A stretch of 64,000 bases of DNA from Rhizaria sp. SCN 62-66 (lineage: Eukaryota): assembly GCA_001724265.1 (NCBI GenBank), contig MEDY01000060.1, positions 1 through 64,000 of the forward strand, written 5' to 3'. How positions within the stretch are numbered: position 1 is the stretch's first letter; every line of letters starts with the position of its first letter. The translations under genes were made by a program, and so were the position numbers. Under the pieces are notes generated by a model. It worked only from the letters and a program-made list of their open reading frames with translations. It made no database searches and was not told the origin of the DNA. This document shows positions 24,001 to 35,943 of the stretch, piece after piece.

Positions 24001-27000
24001 CGCGCTCGCCGCCGCCTCCGCGCAGGCCACCACAGCAGCATCCGCTGCCACCGCTGCCGCTGCCGCTGCCGCCGGCGCTCCCGCTGCTGTGGCTACCGCG
24101 ACCGCTCCAGCGGCGCCGGTGGCGTCGATCCACGCGGGCCTCACGAGTCCCTTCGCGGCGGCTATGGGCGCACCCGGCGGGCTCGCTGGCTCTGCCCCGG
24201 CGCCCGCGGTTGCTGGCCGCACCCGCAGTACGTCCATCACGGCCGCCGCGCCGCCCGTCTTCGCCCGCGCGCCGCGGCCGCGTGGTGAAGGCACGGCGCC
24301 GATCGCACTGACGCACGAAGACCTCGCATCGGGCATTCAGGTTGATGAACTAGCGCAGATCATGGCCGCGCTGACCGGCGCCGCGGACTCCAGTGCGCTG
24401 GCCGCCGTGCCGCCGCCGCCACAGGCGTTGTGGGCCTCGCCGGCCGCGCTCGCCGTGGTTCCCGCGCCCAACGCCGCGATCCCGCCCACGGGCCCCGCGA
24501 TCGGCGCGGCTGACATGGGGCTCTGGCAGGCACCGCTGGGAGTGGCGCCCGTCGTGCCCGGCGCGCTACCGGGCGCGATTCCCGGTGGTGCGATGCCCCT
24601 GCCGTCGCCAGGCCGGCTGCCGATGAGCAGCAGCCACCCGGGCGCGACCACGATGCCCACGGTCGCCCCCTCGACGGCCGCCGTCACCGTGGGCTCGCCT
24701 GCCATCGGCCTGAGGCTGCACGCGCCGCCCGGCTCCACAGCCAGCGCGGGGTCCTCCACGGCCTCGTCCTCCGCGACCGCCGCTGCCGCTGCTGCTGCTG
24801 CTGCCGCCGGGTCGCCGGGCGCGCACCCGGTAATTGTCGACGGCCCGGGCGCGGCCACCTTCGCCGCGGGGTCCGCGCTGTCGGTGCCCGTGGGCGCGGC
24901 GGCCGCGGGCTCTGTGTCGCGGCTGTCGCGGCCGCCGTCGCTCACGGCCTCGGCCGGAGCATACTCGGCGGGGCTGTCCTCGGCGCAGGGAGGCGCGCAG
25001 TCGTCGACGTCGCAGCACGGACAGTCTCACACGCAGTCGCAGCGCTCGGGGCTTGTGACGGGTAACGAGGCCGAGGACGCCGAGCGCGCCGCTGAGCGCG
25101 CTAAGGCACGGAAGGCTCGCAAGCGCGCGCAACGTAAGTTCCGTCTGCTGCCGCCGATGGGCGACTTGGAGGCGCGGCTGGATCGGCTCGCCGGCGACGA
25201 TGACCCGCGGCCGCACAACAGCAACGCCAACTCGCGCACTGGGGGGCGCGACCGGCGCAGCAGCGGGGCGTCTAACCCGCGCGACGCCAACGCAGACCAC
25301 GACGACCACGGCGATGACGACTACGAGTACGACGGCGATGGGCAGGACGACGACCATGATGGCGACGACGATGACGGCAACGGCGCTGGCGCCGGTGCGC
25401 ACGCGAGCGCTGACTTTACGCCGCACCGCGCGCCTGCCTCTGGCGCGGTCGGCGAGTCTCGCAACGGCGGTGGCACGCGCGCGCGCGCTATGAGCGGCGC
25501 AGTCGCGCTCGGCAGTGTTCCAACTCTTGCCGGCACGCGCCAGAACCCGCACTCGCGCAGCGGCCAGAACCTGCCGCAGCTCAACGTGCACGACCTGGAC
25601 GGCGACGGCCACGGCGGCGGCCACCGCAGGCGCAACTCGGCCGCTGCCTCTGGCACTGGGCGCGATGCTGGTGCCGCGGGCGTAATCGCAGCGCTGGGTG
25701 TGTCGCCTACTAACGCGCACACACAGGCACAGATGCACTCGCACGCTCCCGCGCGCACGTCACCTGCGCCCGGCACCGGCGGTGCGTCGACGCTGAACTC
25801 GCTGAAAAGTATTGAGTCCTTCTCCAACATGCGGCGCGTGGCCTCGCATCGCGAGATTTACAACAGCAGCACGCTGACCGCAGCGGGCTTAGCTTCGCCC
25901 GGGCCCGCGCCCGCGCCCAGCATCACAATGCGCGCCGACGTGCATTCGTCAGTCGGCACGGGCAACCGCACGCAGAAGCTCGCCCTATCACCGACCGACG
26001 CCGCTGCGCGGGTGAGTCCACACGCACACGATGTGGCCGTCGTTGACGCCGCGTTTGGCGCCGGCGTCGGTGCAGGCGCACTGACGCAGCTTACACACGC
26101 TCGCAGCACGCGCAGTATCCACAGCGCTGCCGCGGCCGCCGCGGGACTGTCCTCGCCACCGACGCCCGCACCGCCGTTGTCGCGCGCCGGCTCACTTACC
26201 CACATGGCAAGTGGCAATGTTCTGGCCTCTCCTCTGTCCACGCCGACTGTGCCCACCCCCGGCGGCGCTGGCCCCACAAGCGGCTCGGGGCAGCCGCTCA
26301 CACCTGCCGCTGCGCTCGCGCTGGCCTACGCGCCGCCTGCCCTGCATGTGACGACGACGTCCACCGCGGTCGCGGGCGCGCCTGTGTCCACCGCGTCGTC
26401 GACCAAGTCCTCCACCAAGTCCTCTACGAAAGTCGGAGCGCAGTCGACGACGAGCGCTGGCAGGCCGCCGGCTGCGGCGCGTGGCTCGCTTAAGCGCAAG
26501 GACGCACACTTGCAGAGCGCAGCTGGGGCGGCGCCTGATCTTGAAGCCGGTAATTACCTATCAGCGCAGCTCGACAACCGTCCGGCGCGCTCCACGGCCA
26601 CGGCCGCTACCCCGGCGGCGACGCCGCGCGGACGCGAGACGCAGTCGCGCGGGTCGTTCAATGCGAGCTCGCAGCGGCACGTGGCCGAGTACGGCGACAT
26701 CGACGAAGAGGCGCCCGGTGAGGACGACGATGCTGGGCCGTCAATGTCCCGGCAGACGTCGTATGTGGCCGCTGCGGACTTGCCAATCTCGGCCCTGTTG
26801 CGTTTCCGGAAGGCGTCGCAGGTCGCCACGCGCGGCTCGTCGTGGACGGGGCCCGCGATGGCGCTTGTGATGCACGGCTCGCAGTCTGACATGCACGCCA
26901 CGGACGATCTTACACGCGCGCCGAGTCATTCGCGTGGCAAGTCGCGCAGTCGCGGTGCCTCGCTGAACAAACAGCCGTCGGATCTTCAGCAACAGCAGCA

Positions 27001-30000
27001 GCAACAGCAGCAGCAGGGACCGCTTTTCCAACGCGGCCGCATGGGCGGCAGCGGCAGTGGCAGCGGCAGTGGCGGCAGCGGCGGCAGCGGGCCACGCGAC
27101 CAAGTGCGTGCCGAACGCCGCAGCGCGTCCCCGCACTCTCGCCGCCCCCACGGCGGTGTCTTCGGCAGCGGTCGCGCGGCGGCCGCTGTGGGCAACTCCG
27201 CGAGGAGCCGGCCGCGGCGCCTGTCGTCGGCGGACTTGCCCGAGGTTCTGCAGCCCGATACGGAGGACGCGCTGACGCCAGGCACTTACACACCGCTTCC
27301 GCACAACACGTACTACTTCCGCGACGATCAGGACGCGCACTCGCACGGGGACGACGACGACGGCCACGATGACGGCTATGATGACGGCTACGACGAGGAA
27401 GATGACGACGACGTCGAGGACGCTGAGGGCTACGCAAATGCGCATGGTTACGGATACGGCGGGCGGGCAGCTCATGGAGACGGGCTCGGCGCGTCCGGCG
27501 CGCGCGCTGGCGGCGATATGGGCGACGGCAACGGGGGCCGTGGTGGCAAGAAGAAGGGCAAGAAGGGCAAAAAGGGCAAAAAGAACGGCAAGGGCAAGAA
27601 GAACGGTGGCAGCGGTAAGAAGCGCGTCGTCGGCGCAGGCTACGATGTCGAGATTGAGGACCGCGCCGTCGTGGAGCGTGCCATTGCGGAGACGCCGCTG
27701 ATGGAAGAGTTCGTGCCCGAGGGTGTGTCGATGGGCGGCATTGAGCGGCTTTTCATGCGTGCGCTGCAGGCGCAGCTTGATAAGGTCAACGACTTCTGTC
27801 TTACGCTCGAGGAGTACTACCATATCCACTTGCAGAAGATGGATGCCTCAATCGCAGAGCTAGAGGTCGCGCGCGCCTCGGCCGAGCAGTCGGGCAAGCG
27901 CCGGCGCCAGCTGTTGGGATCGCACCGGCAGACGCTCGAGAACAACATCAAAGCCACGCTGAAAGAGATCTACCGTGGGCTGCACTTGCTTGGCTCGTAT
28001 CAGACGCTCAACCTCACAGGCTTCGTCAAGATCCTTAAGAAACACGACAAGGTGTCCAAGGGCTGGCGCAAAGCGTCGGAGACGATTCTGCCGCTTGTTC
28101 TGACCACGCACTTTGCGCAAAGCACTGCGGGTGAGCGGATGATCCACGCTGTGGAGAAGCTCTACGTGCGTGCCTTTGGTAAGGGCCGCACCAGCGCCGT
28201 GCAGTCGCTCCGTGTGACCTCACAAGAGTCTACTTGGGTCGGCTTTGGCCTCGGCTACTTCCTCGGTCTGTGCACTGCTGTCGTGGTGGCGCTTGTCGCG
28301 CTTTTCTCGCTGTTTCCCGATCAATCGTTCGGTTCCGATGCCTTCTTCCAGGGTTTTCCCGTATTTGCCTTCATGGCGTACCTTGTGATCGCCGTCTGGA
28401 TCTGGGGCGCCGTTATTACAGCCTGTGAACGCACGCGTGTCAACTATGTACTCATTCTGCAGCTTGATCCGCGCACGTACCTGCGCCCCACACAGGTCTT
28501 CAACACAGCCGCCGTTCTTACTGTTGGTCTGCTGGTCGTGTTTGCCGTCTTTTGTTTCTCCGCTTCGTATGATTCGCAGTCAGATATGCAGCGCTATACG
28601 CTCATGTCATGCTTCTTCCTGACATTCGTGCTCTTCTTCTGGCCTCTCGACCAGCTGCACCGGTCGACGCGGTTGTTCTTGATGCGTGCCATCGGCCGCT
28701 TCTTGCTGTCACCCTTCACACGCGCGACGTTGCAAGAGACGTTCGTGGGCGATAACCTGACGTCGATGATTCGTATGATGCAAGAACTCGTTTATGCCAT
28801 CTGCTTCTACGCCACCACCATTGGTGAGCCAACGTCGAACGCACAGTACTCATCGTGCTCAGGCCTCGTCAGGTCCTACGCTGCTTTCGTCGCCGTCGCA
28901 CCGCACTACTTCCGTCTCATGCAGTGCTTGCGTCTTTTTGCGCAGACTAAGCAGCCATTCCCCTTCTTGTTCAACGCCGGTAAGTACACTCTCGCCATTA
29001 CTATTGCGGTGCTGTCGCTCATGGTGTACCATTTCCCCTCTTACGCCGAGCTGCGCGCTGTGTGGATCACGGCGGCAGCATGTGGTACTTTCTACTCTTT
29101 CATCTGGGATATTGCCGTTGATTGGCGCCTGCCCGAGCGTCACAACGCCGTGCTTGTCTTTTTCGATGAAGTTGCGCGCGATGCCGGCAATGCCAAGCTC
29201 ACGGACGCCTCGCGCGCTGACATCGCTCTCTCCATCGGCGCTGGTGCCGATATGAATACTGACGACGATCACGACGACGACGATCATGCTGGTTTTGCGA
29301 GTGACACTGGCGCAGGCTACGATGGCGGTGCTGATGGACCCGTGCCTGCCTCTAAGGCGCCCGTCACAACTGTCACGCTCGATATCCCGAGTCCTGCCGC
29401 GGGCGGCGTGCATTCTTCAGTGCATACGAGCGATAGCATCGATTCAGGGGCTCCAGTACCGGTGAACAAAACATCTCAGGGTGCAAATGCGCGCCAGAGC
29501 GTTGTGACCGCGCGTCATCGCAACTACGGCGACAGCGGCGACGAAGTGAGTCGCAGCGCCAGAGGGGTGCTCGGCAAGCAGGTGCGTTACGACAGCCGCA
29601 GCGACGACGTCGACGGTTCTGACCTGAACGCTATCGGACTCGGACGGGGATTCGTCGCTGAGAATACCCCGAACACGGTCTCGCTGCGCTCACCACCCGT
29701 TGCCCCTGTGAAGCCATCTAACTGGAATGGCACCTCGAAGCCCGCGCGGCCACTGGCGCCTCCCGGCTCCCCGCCCGTGCCCGAGCCTCCTGCTCCGCTC
29801 CCGCGCTCGGGCTCGCTTGCGGCACTGTCATCTCTCGACAGCCCCAAGAGCAAGGTGGGCCGCGCTGCTGCTGAGCTGCTGGCTATGCCGGCGGCGCCCG
29901 CGCCTCTGGTCTCGCGACAACGGCGCCCGTCGTTCGCGCACGAGGACAGGCGCGCAGGCGGCGTGTACCACTCGTCGCACACGCCAGGCGAGCACGTGCA

Positions 30001-31465
30001 AGAGGACGCGCGCGCACAGGGTCGCGCCGCGCTCAGTCGCGCGCAGGCACAGCGTGCGCAGTCGCAGCACGCGCAGCAGCAGCTCGTGGGCCGCGCGGGC
30101 ATGACGACGGCGCGCGCGGTGCGCGGGCAGCAGCTGGATCACCGTGTACCGTCGAATCTCTCGGTACACATGGGGACGCGCCACCGGCGCGCGCGTGGCA
30201 ACAACAACATCCAGAACACGGAGATGGGTGTCGAAGAGCTGCTGCGCGCGGAAGTGCCTGTGGACGACTTGTTGCTGCACTCGGCGTCGGGTTGCGGCCG
30301 CTGCTGCTCAGCATTCCTTGGTGTCGGTCTCATGATTTGGAGCTCCATTGTTGGTTGCATCTTCTGGGTCATTGACCGCGTGCCCTACTGCGCGCGTCGC
30401 TGGGGCAGCGCCGCTCACGCGACAAGGCGCACCACCGGCATCAACTCGAGTGAGGCGTTGGCGAACGAGCTTGAGGAGGACGCGCAACGTGAAGAGGCTG
30501 AGGCTGTGCGCCATGAGCGTTGGCGGCCCGACGCGCGCCGTATTGCGTGCCTGCTGCCCAAGGACATCTTGGCGTCGCACTTTGCGTGCGCTGGACATAT
30601 GCCCGTCTACTACTGCGCGGCCGCACTCAACTTTGTGTTACGCGTTGCCTGGACGCTGACCATCGCACCAGCCCTCATTCCAGGGCTGCGCGCCGAGTAC
30701 CTGTCGTTCCTGATCGCCACTGCCGAACTTATTCGTCGTGGTGTTTGGAACTACATGCGTCTCGAGTCTGAACACATTCGTAACCTGCGTGCCGGCCGCG
30801 CTGTCAACCTGGACGCTGTCGGCATGGCATCGTTTAACGCGCGCCACACCTCATCCGCCACTGCTGATAGCACGAACGCTGACGCCGACGCTGACGGCAG
30901 CCCAACTGACGACGGTCACGACGGCCCTGACGGCCATGAACACTACGACGACGAGCATGCCCACGACGCTAACGCTGTGGTGCGCCCGCAGCGCGGCAGC
31001 TTTGATGGCCGCGAAGACAGCGAGATCTACGGCGAGTCGTTGATGCCGCAAGATGCCGCGGCCGCCGCCGCCGCGGGCGTGACCGTCCGCGCACGCGCGC
31101 CGTCGGTGTCGGTAAACATGAACATGACACGCGACCGTCGTGCGTCGACGGCTGTGTCGCCGTGGGGCGACGACCGCGTGCTCGATGAGCGTCCACACGC
31201 GGGCGCGCGCACGTCGTCAGACACCAACTTGAGCGCCGACATGGTGGACGATTCCGAGCGCACGAATCTGCCGGCCGAGATGGGCTACCGGCGCCGCTTC
31301 GGCAGCATCAGTGTGCAGGGCCCGCGTGTCGAGATCGAGATGGGTGTGATGGGCGAGCGCGAGCGCGAGCGTGAGCGTCAGCGTGAGCGCCAGCGCGAGC
31401 GCGAGAGGGCTGAGAAGGAGAAGGCGGAGGAGGATGAGCTTTACGACGCTATCCAGGCGTGCTAA
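21004..31465 (+). CDS. XPR1: SPX-EXS phosphate exporter/sensor (XPR1/SYG1/PHO1 family), about 3,400 aa. Exons 21004-21054, 21161-21235 and 21395-31465
   Basis: The two short exons encode MVKFGAYLQAEMIAEWR|EKYIDYKRLTK, the SPX N-terminus. QLDKVNDF and LNLTGFVKILKKHDK lie near 27770-28055. EXS motifs: GDNLTS, FRLMQCLR, NAGKY, WDIAVDW, ELIRRGVWNYMRLESEH. Two GTACG..AG phase-0 introns. Confidence 0.9.
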
Positions 31466-32006
31466 GGTTTTTTGTGCGTCCTCGAGCTTGTGACTGTGTC
31501 GCATTGTCTGAGTTTCGGCAGCTCTGCTCGATATGTAGTCTGTGTTTTGTGGAATTTGTTGACCGTTTTGAGACCATCATTTTTTATTTTATTTTTAAAT
31601 CATGCCCAATATTTAAGTTATTCCAAGTTCTTCTGCTGCAATTTACAGTGTGGTGGGGTTCAAAGATTAGTTCCCCATTTAGTCCTACAGTAGCTTGCAC
31701 GTACAAGGTATTTAGCAAGATTTCTGTGTGTGTGTGTATATGCGCAGCGCATCAAAAGACGTAGTCTAGTCAAAGAATTATAATAGATTTTACGCGTGAA
31801 AGGTGTGTCCGTTCATTAGAAATACATCCACATGGATATTTATTTTCGCTCACAATTTAGGTTTGTACAACTAGTGGTACATGTCACTTGATCACAATAA
31901 AGATAAGATTGTCACACTGGCCTATGTCCATCGGCACCTTTAAAAAGCTAAGTAATCGTGACCTGTCTACCATATAGTCGCGTCAGATTGGCATCGTCAG
32001 TGATCT

Positions 32007-34217
32007 TCACTGCACCGCAGCCGCAGCAGCCGCGGCAGGTGCGGTCTCGAGACGGTGACCGCGGAGCTTAACGTGCCGCTGCAGCGCATTGCGAGACGCG
32101 AATCCCTCATTGCACACGCCACACAACACGACCGCGGCCCCCGCAGCGGGCGTCTCGGCGGCAGCAGCAGCGGCGGCGGCGGCGATGATGAGCGAGGGTA
32201 CCGCGGCCGCCGTCGCCGTCGTCTTGCCTGGCAGCCGGCGCGAGCATTCATCGGCCGATTCCCACGTCACAGTCGCGGTCCATCGCGGCGCCGCCGCGGC
32301 GCCGGTAGCGGCGGGGCCGGCGGCGGCGGCGGTGGCCGTGGGCCCGCGTGTGACGGTGAGAAGCAGCGACGGGCTGTCGTAGGAGCCGAAGGAAAAGCAA
32401 AGCGACCCTCCACCGGCCACCGCGACAGTCTCAGCAGCGTCGCCAGCAGCGGCCTGCGGGGTCGCCGTAGCATTGCCGGGGAGCGCGACGGCGGCGTGCC
32501 GCAGCAGCAGCGCGCGCGTGAGAGCGGGCTGCACCCACAGCCGCTCCAGTGCGCCGCCGGTGACTGGCGCCAGCCCGGCCGCCGCGGCCGCAGTGGCTTC
32601 CTGTGCGGCGGCAGCGGTGTCCGCGCGCGCGGCGACGCGTGTCAGTGTCATCGCGTGTGTATCAGCAACCCAGAGCGCCGTAAACGCGCGGACGTGCGGC
32701 GAGGACCCGCCGATAATGAGGTGGAAACGCGCAGGCCGTGCCGCAGTCGCGGCGGCGCTGGAGAGCGCAGGTAGAGCGACGACGCGGTGCGAGTACACGC
32801 GCGGCGCAGCGGCGGGGGACGTGGTGCCGTCTTCGCCGCAGTGCGTCAGCGCGCGCGTGTGCCAGCGGCGTGTGGCCGGGCAGAAAAGCCACGCAGGTTC
32901 GCCGGCCGCGGGCGGGTCGTGCAAGCGCAGCGATGACAGCCCGCCGTGCAGCCACAGCAGCGGGACCGTCTCGGTTGATGTTGCTTCATCGGCAACATCG
33001 GCGTTGTTGCTGTTGCTCAGGCAAGTGCGTGCGATGGGAGTGAGTGAGTGCGCAAGGCGAGGTCCCGGCCCACGCTCACACGCATGTTCTTGCGTTGTAT
33101 CGGAGGATGCGGCAACATCGCTGTGGTGCAGAGTCAGGTCGCTGTGAGGAGGCTCGTCGTAAAGACGCTTCCACCGCACTGCGGGCGCGAGCGCAAGGTT
33201 AAGCCGCCACACGTCCCCGTACACACACAACTCACCGCTCTGGTCTTCAGCTGTGCCAGACGCAACGGGATGCGCGCCGCGGCCGCCGTGCACATACAGT
33301 GTGGAGCCCAGTGCCGCGGCGGCGTGGCGAAAACGAGGCGCAGGCGCGGCCCCGGCGGCGACAGCGGCGTCGGCGTCGGACTCCGAGAGTAGGCAACGCC
33401 ATGCGTGGCGCATGGGGGAGTAGAGCCAGAGGTCGGCGAGCGGGCGCGCGGGACCACGGCGACCACCGTGTACAACCACGCAGTCCACCGTCTCCGTCGT
33501 GCCAGTCTCCGTCGTCTCAATTTCCGTCGCCGAGGCCGAGGCAGCGCAGCGCCTCGTTAAGGGCGTCGCGGGGAAGCAAGCATCGTGTGTCGCGCGCGGC
33601 AGAGCGACCGTGAGCGCGACGTGGTGCTCACGAGCACACGGACCTGCAGCGGCGCTGCCATTCGCACAAGTTGCATCCCCAGCGGGTACCTCCGCAGCGG
33701 CTGGCGCGGTGGACCAGGAAAGGCCAGTCGACGCAAAATCGGCCGTGAACGGGCCAAGCGCGACGGCGACTGAGGAGAGACGGCCGTTGAGAGCGCCAGG
33801 GCCGGTGGGGACGTGGGCCGCCGAGGGGCCGCCAGCGGGCCGCGGCGCGCCGGAGCGTGCGAGGGCCTGCGCGGCCTTCTTCTCGGCCTGCTTCAGACGC
33901 ACAAAATCCTTGCGCTTAAGCCAGGTGCCGTCAGCGCCAGCGCCAGCCTCGCGGGGAGCCGGTGCAGTCGCGGAAGCAGCTTCGGGTGCACTTGAGGCAG
34001 TGGAGGCGTCCTTGAGGCCCACAGCTTCGTCACCGCTGGTGGACTTGGACGCAGTTGTGGCAGCCTCGGAGGCCACGGCCATGGGCTTGTGCACGTCGCG
34101 GCCAGCGCCACCGAAGGCGAGGATCGCTGGAGTCGCTGCTCCGCCGGACTGGGGCGCCCCCTGTTCTGGCGCAACTGCGCAATAATGGAGTGTGTGGCTC
34201 CAACGCGCAAGACTCAT
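32007..34217 (-). CDS. Kelch-repeat protein resembling the beta-propeller half of TYW4/LCMT2, with a C-terminal C2H2 zinc finger
   Basis: Kelch-like units ARWSH..FGG, AREHH..HGGR, PRFRH..HGGR, PRLAHS..HGG and PRVYSH..GG. Terminal GGGSLCFSFGS resembles LCMT2 GGGGNCFSFG. Zinc finger CGVC..F..RNALQRHVKLRGH. Confidence 0.7.
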   Translation of the reverse strand: MSLARWSHTLHYCAVAPEQGAPQSGGAATPAILAFGGAGRDVHKPMAVASEAATTASKSTSGDEAVGLKDASTASSAPEAASATAPAPREAGAGADGTWLKRKDFVRLKQAEKKAAQALARSGAPRPAGGPSAAHVPTGPGALNGRLSSVAVALGPFTADFASTGLSWSTAPAAAEVPAGDATCANGSAAAGPCAREHHVALTVALPRATHDACFPATPLTRRCAASASATEIETTETGTTETVDCVVVHGGRRGPARPLADLWLYSPMRHAWRCLLSESDADAAVAAGAAPAPRFRHAAAALGSTLYVHGGRGAHPVASGTAEDQSGELCVYGDVWRLNLALAPAVRWKRLYDEPPHSDLTLHHSDVAASSDTTQEHACERGPGPRLAHSLTPIARTCLSNSNNADVADEATSTETVPLLWLHGGLSSLRLHDPPAAGEPAWLFCPATRRWHTRALTHCGEDGTTSPAAAPRVYSHRVVALPALSSAAATAARPARFHLIIGGSSPHVRAFTALWVADTHAMTLTRVAARADTAAAAQEATAAAAAGLAPVTGGALERLWVQPALTRALLLRHAAVALPGNATATPQAAAGDAAETVAVAGGGSLCFSFGSYDSPSLLLTVTRGPTATAAAAGPAATGAAAAPRWTATVTWESADECSRRLPGKTTATAAAVPSLIIAAAAAAAAAETPAAGAAVVLCGVCNEGFASRNALQRHVKLRGHRLETAPAAAAAAAVQ

Positions 34218-34418
34218 TCCTACATAATAACAAGGATTTTCAATGTGTTAATTAGATGAGATGTATAAACGCGTATTTAGAATATATTAAGATAAATTTG
34301 TTACTGTTGACGATGGATTTGTCGAACAAACTGTGTTTTTAGTGTGTTCTTCTTGCAACCCCCGTTGTGCCGCCACTGAAGCAGACCAGCAACACCCACC
34401 CACCTCCCTTGTGAGACT

Positions 34419-35846
34419 ATGGGTTCCTGCGCCTCGTCGGCATCTTCGGGCTCAAATGAGCTCCACGCATCGTCCACTAGCGGCCGCCGCTCCGTGTACC
34501 GGACCTCGGGTGCCTCCTCAAAGACACCCGCAGCGCCCAGCTGCGCACCCGCCCCTGAGATCCACAAGGAGATGATCAACGCTCTTTGCGCGACCTCAAC
34601 CCCGGGCACTGTGGTGACTGGCAGCGACGATGGCTCACTTGCGCTCTACGATGCCGCATTAGGCCGCGTGCTACACCGCTGGCTGGGCCACTCTAAGCCC
34701 GTCAACGCGCTCGCCTGGTCAGCACGCGGCGAGACCGCGTTTTCAGTCAGTCGCGACCTCACTCTCCGCGCCTGGCGTCGCTCCGCAGGCGCGGGGCCCA
34801 CGGCCACGGTGACGACGCCGCACACGCTGAGCCCGTCCGCGCTAGCTGCCTGCGCGGACGCGACTGTGCTCGCCACTGGCGGCCGCGACTACCGCGTGCT
34901 CGCCTGGGACGTTAATACTCTTACATCCACTTGGGCAGCACCGGAGCTGACGCAGAACGTTGTCACCTGCCTCGCCTGGCTGCCCGGCGCGCCCGCGCTG
35001 CTGCTGCAGGGCTCCGAGGACTGCACGCTGCGGCTCTGGGACGTGCGCACGCGCACCCGTACTCCTGCCGTTGCGTTCCCGCGCGCCGCACACTTCGCAC
35101 TCGCGTGTGCTGCTTTCGACGCCGCGCCGGGGCTTATTGCTTCAGCTGGCAACGGGTTCTGCGGCGACGGCTGCGCCACTACGCTCTGGGACGCGCGTGT
35201 GCCGCGAGCTCTGGCCACGATCGCACCCTTCAGCGACAACGTCGGCTACGAAAACGACAATGATAGCGGCGACTGCAACAACAACGGTAATGGCGATATC
35301 ACTGATAACGGCGGTTCTACAGCGGGCGAGTGGGGCGAGCCGCAGTGGCGTGACGCCGCCGCGCACCACGAAGCCGTGAGCGCGTGCGCTTTCCTCCCCG
35401 GCGGCGACAACACCGCATCGGCCTCCGGAGCCTCTGCATCTGCAGCGGGCTCTCCGCTGTATCCGCGTCTCGCGACTGCGGGGCGTGACGGCGAGCTCGT
35501 TTGGGGACTTCCGCTGCGGAGTACCGCCCTGCAGACCTCTGCGGGCGGCGGTGGTGGTGGTGTAACTTGGGCCCCTGCGCCCGGTGCCCGGCCGCGCGTG
35601 CAGCGGCTGCCGACCAGCGGCGGCGTCGGCGGCCGCGGCGCGACGGCCGTGGCCGCGCACTGGGACGCATCGACGGCGCAGGGCACGCTCTTTGTGGGCA
35701 CAGATGACGGACGCGTGGGGGCGTGGCGCTATGGCGCTTGCGCGCGGCGGGCGCGGGGGTACGGCGGGGATGATGACTGGGAGGGGGCGCACCTGACTGC
35801 AGTTCAAATCCCTGTCGGTGAAGCAGTTGTCACTCGCTTTCAATGA
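34419..35846 (+). CDS. WDR31: WD40-repeat protein, WDR31-like (ciliary)
   Basis: WD repeats (GHSKPVNAL..SVSRD, TGGRD..WD, QGSEDCTLRLWD). GNGFCGDGCATTLWD matches the WDR31-type NGFGGEGCEATLWD motif. The N-terminal MGSC could be acylated. Confidence 0.78.
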   Translation: MGSCASSASSGSNELHASSTSGRRSVYRTSGASSKTPAAPSCAPAPEIHKEMINALCATSTPGTVVTGSDDGSLALYDAALGRVLHRWLGHSKPVNALAWSARGETAFSVSRDLTLRAWRRSAGAGPTATVTTPHTLSPSALAACADATVLATGGRDYRVLAWDVNTLTSTWAAPELTQNVVTCLAWLPGAPALLLQGSEDCTLRLWDVRTRTRTPAVAFPRAAHFALACAAFDAAPGLIASAGNGFCGDGCATTLWDARVPRALATIAPFSDNVGYENDNDSGDCNNNGNGDITDNGGSTAGEWGEPQWRDAAAHHEAVSACAFLPGGDNTASASGASASAAGSPLYPRLATAGRDGELVWGLPLRSTALQTSAGGGGGGVTWAPAPGARPRVQRLPTSGGVGGRGATAVAAHWDASTAQGTLFVGTDDGRVGAWRYGACARRARGYGGDDDWEGAHLTAVQIPVGEAVVTRFQ

Positions 35847-35943
35847 AACACGAAAGATCAGGATTATTATTGATTGTTATTGAATACTGTATTCTTGAGT
35901 TAAATCCGGTCACTGTCACGTCTGATTTTAAATGCTATTCGAT

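Noticed and set aside
31440-31520. Ciliate-type code with both TAA and TAG reassigned
   Set aside because: No internal TAA was found. The five terminal TAAs fall at the end of the GC-rich coding-like sequence. Three lie within GTAAG and could be donors, so this is not fully excluded.
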